The translations under genes were made by a program, and so were the position numbers. Source: Camelus ferus (taxonomy: Eukaryota). From it: DNA of 64,000 bases. The stretch's first letter is position 1; each line of letters starts with the position of its first letter. Where the stretch lies: positions 101,806,001 through 101,870,000 of the forward strand of contig NC_045697.1 of the NCBI RefSeq assembly GCF_009834535.1. The letters are read 5' to 3'. The notes beneath the pieces are model-generated. The model had not been told where the DNA came from and did not search any database. It saw only the letters and a program-made list of their open reading frames with translations. Of this stretch, positions 26,601 through 37,860 are shown piece by piece.

Positions 26601-26842
26601 AGGCAGGGACTGTGGCTTATCCATCTTGCCTCCAGCACTGATCATTCAGTGGGTATGGATGAGCAGGAGGGACGGAGAAGACGGGGAGCTGCTAGTAAGC
26701 CCTGTGGCTTTCTGCTTCCCTTTTAGCAGTCAAAGTGCCTGAGCTGCCAGTCTAGGAATATGAAAGGTAGTAAATATTTTTGGAAGTGGCCTCCACAGTT
26801 TTCTGAATAGGACAGATCATTTAATTTCCCCAGTTTGTAACC

Positions 26843-27070
26843 CTTCAGCCTCAGTACCATTGGCAAAGCAGGCCTGGTTGATTCTTGGTTGTAGGGCTAC
26901 CTGCGCGTGGTGGGATGTTCGGTTCACAGCATCCTTGGTCTCTACCCACTGGATGCCAGGAGCACACCCAGCACACCCCACCTCCGGCAGTGACAACCGA
27001 AAAGGTCTGTGGACGTTGCCAAACATTTGGGGGGCAAAATAGTATGCCCCCCTGCCCCCAAGAACCACTG
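26843..27070 (-). mobile_element. MER20 DNA transposon fossil
   Basis: cagcatccttggtctctacccactggatgccag...gtgacaaccgaaaaggtct...ttgccaaac...ggggcaaaat...agaaccactg; reverse complement of the 3121-3329 element. Confidence 0.85.
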
Positions 27071-27588
27071 CTTTACAGGAGCTCATGTCTGGGATCAGTG
27101 CAGACCAGAGCAACCAGCAAATAATCAAAATCTGGAGTTGGAAGGGAACTTCGAAATCATCAAGCATGCTGCTTCCCCTGGTACTCCTCCCTCTCCCACC
27201 TTCCACCTCCAAAACACACACCACCATGGTACACCTGAAGAAACCGTGCCCCAGGGCCCCTAGTGAATATAAAAAAGAAAAAAAACTCAAGCATTTGAGG
27301 ACTGATTTCGGACTGTAGCCTTGTGTGTTTTAAGATTGTTTACAGGTCATTAAAGTGTGTCTACTTTTAAGCAACTCAGTAAGAAAACATAAGCTTCTAG
27401 TAATAGATAAGGAAGTATAAGGATTCACATCACAGAAAAACTAAAGGCTAGCACCACTGGGAAAAAGAATTTAAGGCATATATTTGATTTTTTTATATTA
27501 AAAATAAAACCAGAATAAACTCACTAGAATATGACTGGATTTCTGGCACAGCCCTGTGGAGCTGTATGGGTTTGTATCGGACTATTTT

Positions 27589-27590
<2 letters not shown>

Positions 27591-27638
<48 letters not shown>
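27591..27638. repeat. Perfect (GT)24 microsatellite
   Basis: Read directly. Confidence 0.98.
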
Positions 27639-27642
<4 letters not shown>

Positions 27643-28509
27643 ATAAAGAAACAGAGAAAAGTATTTAAAGTAACAGTAATTTGGCTTTTTCAAAAAGCGG
27701 CTTGCCTCTGAGATCTAGGCAGTGTAGATAATGGCCTCCCCGATGAGGTCTTTTCACTGAGGCTAAGTTATGTTTTATGAGGGCATTTTGTCTCTTACTC
27801 AGAATTCTCACAGAAAGGCAAGAACACCAAATTAAATATTAGCTGCCTGTGGTTATTGTAAGACTCATCTCAATAACCAGGAGAATTAGGTTCTCACGCT
27901 CTGTACCTTTTGATTACAAACAGCTTTAAACAGGTTTCCGTTGTCCTTCGTCAGAAATCACAGAGGGTCGGCACACTGAGACGTTTGGGGACCGAAATTA
28001 GGCAGTTCAGAGTCTCTCATGCGTGTGAGCTGCCTTTTGTTTTGATCCCCGTCGTTCTTAGCCGGTCTTTTTCAAGATTCTTGCTGGAAGGACTGCCCTG
28101 AGTGAGGACATAAGAGGAAATGGCAGGACTCTGAGCCACCAGGTCCACGCAGTACCTCCTATTTGAGGTAGAGTGAGATGCAGCGGACACATTTGGGTCT
28201 GATCTTGCGGTTGAGAGTATGATATTTAGATTTCATCTGATTGTTCTTTCTTGTGGTTTTTGTTTGGTTTGGTTTAAGCATAATCATCACGTCTAAACTT
28301 ATACAACAGGAATATTTCTGAAACGTTGTGGATAAAACCACTTTAATGAATCAAAAAGTGTCAGAAGAACTTGTTAATTGAATTTATCCCAGTGTCCAGG
28401 TCCCCTGTTTCCTTGAATAGGCACAGAGGTCACCACCCTCCTCTGATTTATCTCTTTATAGACACTGGATTTTTTTTTTAATCTTCTTAAACTGGGCACC
28501 TCAATTCTT

Positions 28510-28672
28510 CTTTTTTCTTTTTTATTTTTTTGGAATATATATTTTTTTATTGAAGTATAGTCAATTTACAATGTTATCAACTTCTAATGTACAGCACAAT
28601 GCTTCAGTCATACATGAATATACATATATTCATTTTCAGATTCTTTTTCACCGCAAGTTACTACAAGATATC
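28510..28672 (-). mobile_element. Short L1 3' end
   Basis: tttttttattgaagtatagtcaatttacaatgtt...ttcagattctttttcaccgcaagttactacaagatat; homologous to the other L1 3' ends here. Confidence 0.88.
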
Positions 28673-29389
28673 AAGATAACTTGATGAGAACTTTCAACTA
28701 TGTATTTTGGGTAATTTGTTGAAAATTTGTAACTGAAAACCTGCTGTTCTGCTTTTAGCATTTGAAATCCCTTGGCAAGGAGACATTTTTCTCGAAACAG
28801 TTCTTTTGAAGGGCCTCAAAAAGTTAATTCTTCTGGCACGAAGTCTTTTCTGAAATTACTGGATCATTTCAGTATTATGCTGATGTATCTAAAACGTGGA
28901 TTCCGACTTGGATAACAGTAGACTCCTGGCAGACATGACCGTGTCAGATGTCTTGGCACAGTTTTGGGGTGGAAGGGGACTTTCCCACTTCTTTATGAAA
29001 TCCACAATCATCATATATGGGAGTTGGATGAAATTTCTTCTGTTACACTGAAAAGCTTAGCTTTTTATACCGGACGTGCTGCTCCATGAAAACAGGCTCT
29101 GTTGTATGTCTGTGTATATTTAAATGAAATGAAAAAGAAAAGTGAAATCTAAGAAATGCCTTCAGGTTGCAGCGGTGATCATTTTTAGGCCGTGTTCCTG
29201 TGCTCCTGAAAGATCTCTTTTAAATCAGGTGATGGGTACTTGGAACACAGCTTTCCATAGAAACAACAGTGTAGTATGTGTGCTGCTCAAGTTTCCAGAC
29301 CAGCCCTCAAAGCGTATTTAACTCATCGTATGCTAACATGCTTTGCAGCAAAGGGGCAATGCTTGTAGCATATCAAAGCACTGTTTAAC

Positions 29390-29627
29390 AGGGGAGGGAT
29401 ACGTTGAAGTTTGGGATTAACAGGTACACACTACTATGTATTAAATAGATAAACAGGGACCTACTGTATAGCATAGGGGACTGTATTTAATATCTTATAA
29501 TAACCTATAGTGGAAAAGAATCTGAAAAAGAATATATATATGTATGTATAATGGAATCACTTTGATGTACACCTGAACTTACTAACACAACATTGTAAAT
29601 CAACTATACTTCAATAAAAAAATTTTT
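29390..29627 (+). mobile_element. Short L1 3' end
   Basis: gtttgggattaacaggtacacactacta...cctactgtatagcatagg...caactatacttcaataaaaaa; TSD-like aagcactgtttaa / aagaacagtttaa. Confidence 0.9.
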
Positions 29628-29917
29628 AAGAACAGTTTAATGATAGTCAACCTGCAGCCCGTTTCAATGCTAGAAAGTAAAATGGAAAAAAATTTTTTAA
29701 TGAGTAAGGATGCATTTTATTTTTCCTCAAAGGTGGGTTTTGAGGAAAAGTAGCTCTAGAGAGACTTGGCTTGCTGGAAGGGCCACAGGTGGACCTGAAG
29801 ACGTGCTGCATAGCAGTTTGGAGCATCTTAAACAAGTAAATCAACCTCTCGAGCCTCAGTTTGTTCAGATGTGGTAAAGTAGGTGAGAGGATCAGAGCAG
29901 AAAGTGTACATGGTGCA

Positions 29918-30107
29918 GGGAGGGTGTAGCTCAGTGATAGAGAGCATACTTGGCATGCATGAGGTCCTGGGTTCAATCCCCAATACCACCATAAAAAAAT
30001 AAATAAATAGATGTAATTACTCTCCCCTCCCCACTAAAAACAAACAGAGATTAAACTGGAGTCAGGAAAAAAATGAATTAAAAATCTTTGAAGAAGTTTA
30101 AAAAAAA
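29918..30107 (+). mobile_element. Vic-1-type SINE, long form with extended tail
   Basis: gggagggtgtagctcagtgatagagagcatacttggcatgcatgaggtcctgggttcaatccccaatacc plus aaataaataaatagatgtaattactctcccc and further A-rich sequence. 3' limit uncertain. Confidence 0.9.
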
Positions 30108-30214
30108 GTATGCTTGAAGGACATTCATAAACTGTAAAGCTCTATACAGAGATAACGGTGTAAATTCTGGTTCTTTCCTGAATTGTGAAAGTCCTGTGGC
30201 TTGGCTTTTCTTTT

Positions 30215-30357
30215 ACTTTTGTTGTTGTTGTTGTTGGGAGAAGGTAATTAAGTTTACTTATTTATTTGTTTTTGGAGGAGTAACTGGGGATTGAACCCAG
30301 GGCCTTGTGCGTGCTAAGCATGCGCTCTACCGCTTGAGCTATATCCTAACCCCCACC
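30215..30357 (-). mobile_element. Vic-1-type SINE, long form
   Basis: ctggggattgaacccagggccttgtgcgtgctaagcatgcgctctaccgcttgagctata; perfect 15-bp TSD cttggcttttctttt at 30200-30214 and 30358-30372. Confidence 0.93.
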
Positions 30358-32814
30358 CTTGGCTTTTCTTTTTCTTGACACACATGTATTGCTAGCAAAA
30401 CTCTGTTAGTAGACAATTAGTAAGATCCCATTTAGCTCACAGACCCAATAAATGCATCTTTATTTTGACTCATTTGGAAGACAGTAACATTTGCTCTTCT
30501 GAGACGGTTGGCTGGGATTTCCAAAGTAATCTCTCCGTCACCTCTCGCTCATTTTTCTAGTCTCTAAACCTCTCCTGTTCTTTCCTCGTCGGAGTATCTC
30601 TTTCTTAATCACCTTCTCAAGTTTCAGGTTGCATACCAGGACTTGGGCTCTAGGCTGGCCTCCCAGTGGCCCTGTCCTCTCTCTGACCTGTGCCTCTGGC
30701 CTCAGACCAGCTCTGCACTGTTGGCAGCACCTGCAGGTGACCACCTGTGACGAGGGGGGCCCTCTTCTGCTCAGAGTCTCACTGGTCGCTAAACAGAGGC
30801 AGCCTATCTGGAGGGGCCACAGCCTTGCAGCTGTATTTTTGACGTGACAGGCATGGCCCTGGGCCCTGATGCTAGGAGTAAAATTCTAAGTGCTCTAGGC
30901 CTGATCCCCCAATCTAGGCACTTTTCTGGTGGATGTGGTGTTAGGAATGTAAGTGGGGACTCAGTGGCCACCACAGAGCAAAGCTTCCCCAGTCCCTGCC
31001 TCATTTGTTGGGGCAGGTCGGGGTGGGACTGCTTGTACACATGTAGGATTCACAGGAACCCACCAGAGAGGCAAATCAAAAGGGGCTTGTTAAAGTATTA
31101 TTTTATGTGTCAAAGTTATACCTTTCAGGTCTCACCAGAATCATAACACTTAATATGGGAAGCAGCCGTAGAGGTCAGGAAGTAACAGCTTATTCATATT
31201 GAAGGGGAGAAATCTTGAGCTGGACTGGTTAACTGATTGCAAGTGTCCCCTGCCTTTGAATCTTGGGTCCTTTCATAGGATGTCCTTAGGGCTACATCTG
31301 GGTCTCGCTCCCCACTCTGTTCTCTTTGTAATGTTGAAGCTGATTTTGCACAGCTGTGTGCTGAGATTCTGGGTTCTGCCTAACAGTCTGCAAAGACCAG
31401 AAATGAAGTCAGGGGTAGCGTGCTGTACCACCTCTGATTCCCTTCTCCTGCTGAAGAGAGATTTCATAAGACATATTAAGCAAGACAATTAGTAGGAGCG
31501 ATGGGCACAAGAAATATGACACAGTTTCTGCTCTCTTAGAGCTTACAATACTGTATTATCTTACATTGTTAGAGGGAGCCAGTTCTGGGCTGTGAAGCAC
31601 CCACTGAATTGGATATTAGTGTTTCTTCTGCTGATTCTAATTAAGATTTGGAAAAGATCAGTTCATTCTTGGGCCTTAGGTTTCTTATCCATAAAATGAG
31701 GTGATTCAAATCTGAAGCCTTTCTATCTGCACATTTCATGAGTCAGAGTCTCATGATCCTTTCTTATTTCATCATCAGTCTTTTGATTCCTTTTATTCTT
31801 TTTATTTCAAGACATTCTTAACCACAACATAGATGCTAGCTAATTTATATGCTGGTGTGTGATAGGCAACTTAGCAATTTATAGGACCACAGACTGGAAA
31901 GAGTGGGGAAATGTCTAATGGTCCATTTCTTCAATTTTAAGGCAGGGTAGATCCCAAACCGATGTAAAATAATTTGGATTACTATACACTTCATTTGTAA
32001 AATAGAATATACCTGCTTTTGAATATTCAAAGACTTAGAGGATGAGTATCATAAAAGAGCTTTTGATTTTCCAAAGAGATTGGACCACAGAATTCTTTCC
32101 CATGAGTTCCTCTAGTGCATTTAAAATGTAGAATGATTTGCAGAGGCTTAGTTTATGTGCACCAGAAATATCCAGTTCTGTGTATTTACAATTCAGAGTT
32201 CTCTGCAGCAGTGCTGAGAATGTACACACAAAATATACTTTCTGTTACCTAATTGGAATTTTCTCTGGTTTAGGAAGTTTTTTTTTTTTTTTTCCTGCTG
32301 TTTTGTTAGAATTTTACTGACCTGTCACCCCTCTCTGTTCCTCCCAATCATCCAGGCAGCGTTCATTTGTGAAACAATAGCTGAAATAAGGGAGATCAGC
32401 AGTAGCGGTAGGATCCCGCCCAGTTAGGGGATGGACCTGTGCCGGAGGGAGATGCTTTGTGTAGCGGCAGGAACATGGACGGTGTACAGATTCAGGTGCA
32501 AATGCTAGAACTACCTCTCACTAGCATTACGTGAGGTCCCTAACCCCTTGGAATCTGTTTTTCATCTGGAAAACGGGAACTGTAATAATAATGCTGAAAT
32601 CACATGACAGATGAGAACATTTGTCTTCTCTGAAATGGCTGACATAATGAGGTACTCATTGAAAGTTAGCTCTCTGCCCTTCCCCTCCAACCCCTAGAGC
32701 AGCCAGGAAGCAGCAACAAAATCGTAGTCTGTGAAGTAGCGGAGCTGAGACCTTCCTGAGTTTAAGTCACTGAGGGCCGCGGACACCAGCAGGATTCAGC
32801 ACGGGGTGGCCCGG

Positions 32815-33035
32815 TGTGTGGTGAAGCCATTGGCCTCCAGAACCGGAGAGCCTAGGGTCAGCTATACCAGCTCTGTGATCTTGGGAAAGTCACTTACTAG
32901 TTCACTGCCTCAATTTTCCCAATCTGTAAACTGGGGCTTATAGCACTTAACCTCGTGGGGTTGTTGGAGATCCCATGGGTTAATTTGGGTGCAGTGCAGG
33001 GAACAGTCCCTGGCACATAACAAGGCCATGTTTAC
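32815..33035 (+). mobile_element. MIR SINE
   Basis: ccagctctgtgatcttgggaaagtcacttac...tgcctcaattttcccaatctgtaaactgggg...cctggcacataa (MIR core). Confidence 0.8.
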
Positions 33036-35118
33036 TACAGTCTATTACAATGAAAAGCTTTTTTTTTTTCTTGTTAGTGTGTAATGCCAACTTTCAAAAC
33101 CTTACGTTGAAACGGCTGTAGGCTTTACAATGAGAACTGATACTTTCCATCGAGGAGGCCGTTGTTTCTGCACAGGGCTTGGCCAGTTTCTTTAACAGGA
33201 GACAGATTTGCTCTTAGAAGTCTGCCCGGGTCTTTCATCTCTCCCTGTCTGTCCACTCTGTGCAGCTTTTGTAATGAATGTGGAGCAGTTGAAGTCACTG
33301 ACTTGGGTGCAGGCCAGGCCAGTGTTTCCGTGGGCATATATCACTTTCCGAGACCGGTCCTGAGCAGGATGATGGAAATCAGAGAGACGGGGAAGCTGGC
33401 CTTCTAGGCAGCCTGCATGAAAGGTGTGTTTACCATCTTCTCGTATTGATGCTGATGGATCAGAATCTTACTTAGTATCTCGGTGAATGTTTTTCCCTCT
33501 TACCTTACAACTTTTATCTCTTCTTTTGAGCTGTCATTTTGCTTGTTCTATGGTTAGACAGACTAGCGTTGATGTGTTATGGCTCTTCCTCTATTGTTGT
33601 TTTACTGTGGAAGATCTTCTCTTTAGTTAACTAAATATTTATTTAAGGCAGGTAAAATTTCTCCATAGAGCTGTCTATTTTTGTAGAGTATATTGTCTTT
33701 TTCCCCCCCTCTAAATAAAATAACCCCGGGGGGGATGTGCTCGTTGAAATAGCAAGTGAAAGTGTGTTTCACTCAAGAATAGTGTCACTTGAGAACACAC
33801 TTTTATTTTCTGCTCTGCTTTTGTATTTGGGGCTTGGGAAACTGTTTTTATTATTTTGGAAAAGCGATGGAATTTTATCATTTTCCTGAAACTCCCTACC
33901 TTCACCTTTCCTGAAAGATTTCTTTTGAAGTCCTGTTTTGCTCTGTTAAGAGGTTCCATCACTTAAAGTGTACAGAAACTGGCTTGCTTTAGGCCTTTCT
34001 GATGGTCTGTTGGCTTTATAAAAGAGACTGAGAAGCAGGAGTTGGAGGATCATATGACTGCTAGTGTGAAATCAGGGGCAGTGATTTGTTTCCCTGAGCT
34101 GTTATGATTTTTTTTTTCTGTATTTGCAAACAAATGTGTGTCCTCCGACCTTGTTGGGCATTGTGACTAGGATGGGAGAGATGTTCTCTAGTTTTAAACT
34201 TTATTCCTACTTCTGTTCCCTAATTGTGGGGGGTTTCTGTGGTTTTAGTAACTCCCGTTGTGAAATAGGAACTGATTCCTAGTACAGTTTAGCAACTGCT
34301 AAATTGTGACATGCACACATTTCTTTTTAACTTAACAGTTGTTTTCTGCTGTTTTCTCAGCTTGAAAGCAGTAATTGTGAATTCAAATTCCAGGAAATAT
34401 TTTTCTTCCATAGTGATATGTCACAGGTGTTTGAGTGCTACACACAGCCCCCACTCCATTTCTAATGTCAATTTAGTGGTGGTAAAACATGGGTAATAGC
34501 TGTGGGTGTCAGAAATCTGGACCCTCTCCCCAGGGGCTCCGTATCTCCCTCCATATGTTACGGTACCTCCTGATATTTCTGAAATGTGCACTGTCAGAGC
34601 ACAAGGACGTGGTGTGCTTTAATATGGGAGTTTCTGAGATTTTTTATATATGCTTTGGACATAAAGTAGCTGGCACAAACTGCATTCTGCATCCTCTTAC
34701 AGAGCACAGTAAAGGGAGAAAGTTGTGCTTTGAGGGTCATGATCTTCTTTATATAGTCTCGCTCTTTTAAAAATATTTTTTTTACGATATTTGAAGACGC
34801 TGAGAAGAAAATAAAAATTACTTGTAATTTTACCACTCAGAGCTATTGAGGTATTTACTTCCAGACTAATTTTCTCTACTTATGTATATGGATGTGTAGT
34901 TATTCTTTTATACAGATGCCTATCTGTTTTTGAAATCTGGTTTTTAAAAAGCAAAATATATATGAGAACCTTTTTCACATCCCAGAAATATTCTTTGAAA
35001 ATAGGATTTTAAATGGCTGCACAGTTTGGCATCCATTGTAGTTTGGCTCTGAGAATACAAAAAGATGTGCCAAAGAAAAAAGTCCATTTTGGGGGTGAGG
35101 TCTTCGCTCCTAATTTTA

Positions 35119-35374
35119 TTTTTTAATTTTTTCAAGTTGAAGTACAGTTGATTTATAGCATTGTATTAGTTGACAGCAAAGTGTACAGCAAAGTCATTTA
35201 GTTATACATAAATATCTATTCTTTTTCAGATTCTTTTTCCATTATAGGTTATTACAAGATACCATATTTATTTCCCTGTGCTATATAGTAGGTTCTTGTT
35301 GTTTATCTATTTTATATATTTTAGTGTATATATGTTAATCCCAAACTCCTCGTTTATCCCTCCCCTGCCTTTCT
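35119..35374 (-). mobile_element. Short L1 3' end
   Basis: ttgaagtacagttgattta...cattataggttattacaagata...ccctgtgctatatagtagg; TSD tcctaatttta at 35108-35118 and 35375-35385. Confidence 0.92.
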
Positions 35375-36640
35375 TCCTAATTTTAAAAATAATTGGTTTA
35401 AAAAAGTAATTGAGAATGTGTTAATTTTGTGCTTTGCTCAGGATAAACCTATTTATTCTTTGCCACATTTTTGTAACAATACATTTTCTTTATTGAATTC
35501 TTGGTATAACAACAATTATAGTAATTAATTTTTAATTAGCCATTTATAGCTGATTAAACAAGGGAACTTTTCAAAAATGAACTTATCCTATTTTAAAAAA
35601 CCAAGCCAATTTTGAAATAGTTCTTCCTTTTAAACTTGAAATAAGGTTAACATTTTTTGCAGCTGAATTTTGGGTTCACCTACCAGTTGGTACCATTGGC
35701 TCTGCTGTAATTTGGGGGTGAACTGGACCTTGAGCCTCCAGGCTGTACAGGACAGGAGAGGCCAGGCAGTCAGGGAAACAGAGCCAGATGGTCCTGTGAA
35801 GGGTACCAAGCCCCCTGCAGAGATAGGACACTGCACCTGACAGCCTGGGGCCAGCAGCATGTGTTGGTGGCTTTGTTCACCCTTTCCTGGAGAGAGGAAG
35901 CAGCTCTTCCCCTCTGCTGGCATATTTGGAAACTGCTCTGCAGGCCCTGTTCAGCATGGGGTAGCAGGTGCCCAGGCCGTTCATGTCTGATGGGCAGTGG
36001 GGGTGGAGGTGGTAGCAGAGTTGGGGCCGAGTTGGCAGCCCCTGTTGGCTGTCTCACGAAATCCACATTCTGGCATTCTCCAAGTCTTTCAAAGGAATCT
36101 GAGTAAGTCATTTAACCCTGTGTCATTTTGGTTTACTTGGCATTGAGAGAGGAGTAGTAATGACACCAAATGGAGCTGTCAATCAGTGGGTCTCAGTGGC
36201 GCTTTGCAGCTTGAAAATTGAAACCTCCAGCGCAGAGTCATCTCTGAAAATCATCCTAGAATTGACTAGTGGCTTGTCCTTGACACGCGGGAGCTGACAG
36301 TGGGCAGAAGAATGAGCTGGAGAGTCACGTGTCCCTGAGTTTACGTTTCTGTGTAGCTACTTAGGAGCAGTATGACTTTGGGCACATTTCTTAATCTCTC
36401 TGAACCTCATCCTTAAAAAATGATGAGAATTATAATTGCTTTCAAGATAAAATGAGAGCTTGTATTTTATAAGTGAATGGCCCAGAGTACGCTTTCACGG
36501 TGATGATGGATTTGCTGCAAGTCATCTGACTGCTGTGTGGGTCCCTGATTGATTATTGATCATTTGGTAGACCTCCAGCCTGACCGAGACTGAAGGTTGC
36601 AAGCACAGCCTTAAAGCCCTCGCTGGATGAAGAGGAGGGG

Positions 36641-36686
36641 TTTTTTGGTTTTTTGTTTTTGTTTTTGTTTTTGTTTTTGTTTTTTA
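36641..36686. repeat. (TTTTTG)n simple repeat
   Basis: Read directly. Confidence 0.9.
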
Positions 36687-37199
36687 ATTTCAAGAGGCTC
36701 AAGCCAACTTGATAATTTTAACCGCAGTATTAGTAAACTCTTCAAATAAACATAAAACAAAACACAATCAAACACATACATACATACATAAACCACTGCA
36801 ATAAGACCTTCACACAAGGGCAATGCATCTCTGGTTTAAGGCAACCATGTTTGTAGCTTAATTATAACAAATTAACATCTAAATGATGATTTAATGTTAC
36901 GTCTAGCATTTGATGCACATTTAAATGCATGGTCAAAACCCTGAAAAACCAATTCAGCACCAAAGATACCTTATCAGTAGCAAATTCCTATTTTACTTCT
37001 GTAGTGCACATACTTTTGGTGTCTACTGTTGAAATAAATTTACTTCTTACTGTAAATATCAGAGGACTATACCTGTTGCCCTTATAAAAATAATTTACCT
37101 TGAATAAATATTCAGATTTTCCTTTCTTGACAAACCAGAATGAGAATTGTTTCCCCTTCTGAATACAGCCTCCTCATGCATTGAGCTAAACTTGAAAAT

Positions 37200-37860
37200 G
37201 TAAAGCTTTATAAAGAGATGGCCCAAAATACAGTGACTTAAGTTAAAAGGTTTGGGGGGCTTTTTCCTTCTCTTTCTGTCTCAGGACAATCCAGATGGTC
37301 TGTACTGGTCCAGGACTAGTAGGGCACCTCAGCAGACAGACTACTTGCCATATAGTTTCTCTGCCATCCCATGGGTGCTGCTCCCACCTCACAGTAAAAG
37401 GTGACTCACCATGACCTCTTTTCAGCAAAGAGAAGGGAGACAATCTCCATGTTGGACAGATCACTTGCACTCACATCCTATTAGCCAGAACAGAGACACA
37501 TGACCCCAGCTAGCGGTAAGGGAGCCTGGAAAATGTCATCTGTAGCAAGCCAGACACCCTGTGAAGGCTGCGGTTACTGTAGACCAGGAGCTGGCAAGCA
37601 GTGGTCTGAGCATCAGATCAGCCAGCGACGTGTCGTTGTAAAATGAAATTGTATGGGGATAAGGCCACGCCCAGTCACGTTTATGAATGGTCTGCAGCTG
37701 CCTTCCCATTACAGTAGAAGAAGTGAGCAGTTGTGCCCGAGACCTTATTGCCGGCAAAGCCTAAAGTATTGACTCTCTGGTGCTTTACAGACGTTCGCTG
37801 ACCTCTGCTATAGAAAAGGGGGCAAGGAGTGTTAGGGGAGCAGCTGGTAGTCTGGTAAGC
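37200..37860. mobile_element. MaLR (MLT1J-like) LTR interrupted by MER58A
   Basis: cccaaaatacagtgacttaa...cactcacatcctattagccagaac...cacatgaccccagctagcggtaagggagcctggaaaatgt; the LTR end appears to resume after 37807. Confidence 0.65.
37585..37807 (+). mobile_element. MER58A (hAT-Charlie)
   Basis: caggagctggcaagc...ggccacgccc...gcaaagcctaaagtattgactctctggtgctttacag...gctgacctctg; 8-bp TSD-like ctgtagac / ctatagaa. Confidence 0.85.

Noticed and set aside
26817..27290. 157-aa minus ORF and overlapping ORFs
   Set aside because: Largely read through a MER20 fossil; no protein similarity recognised.
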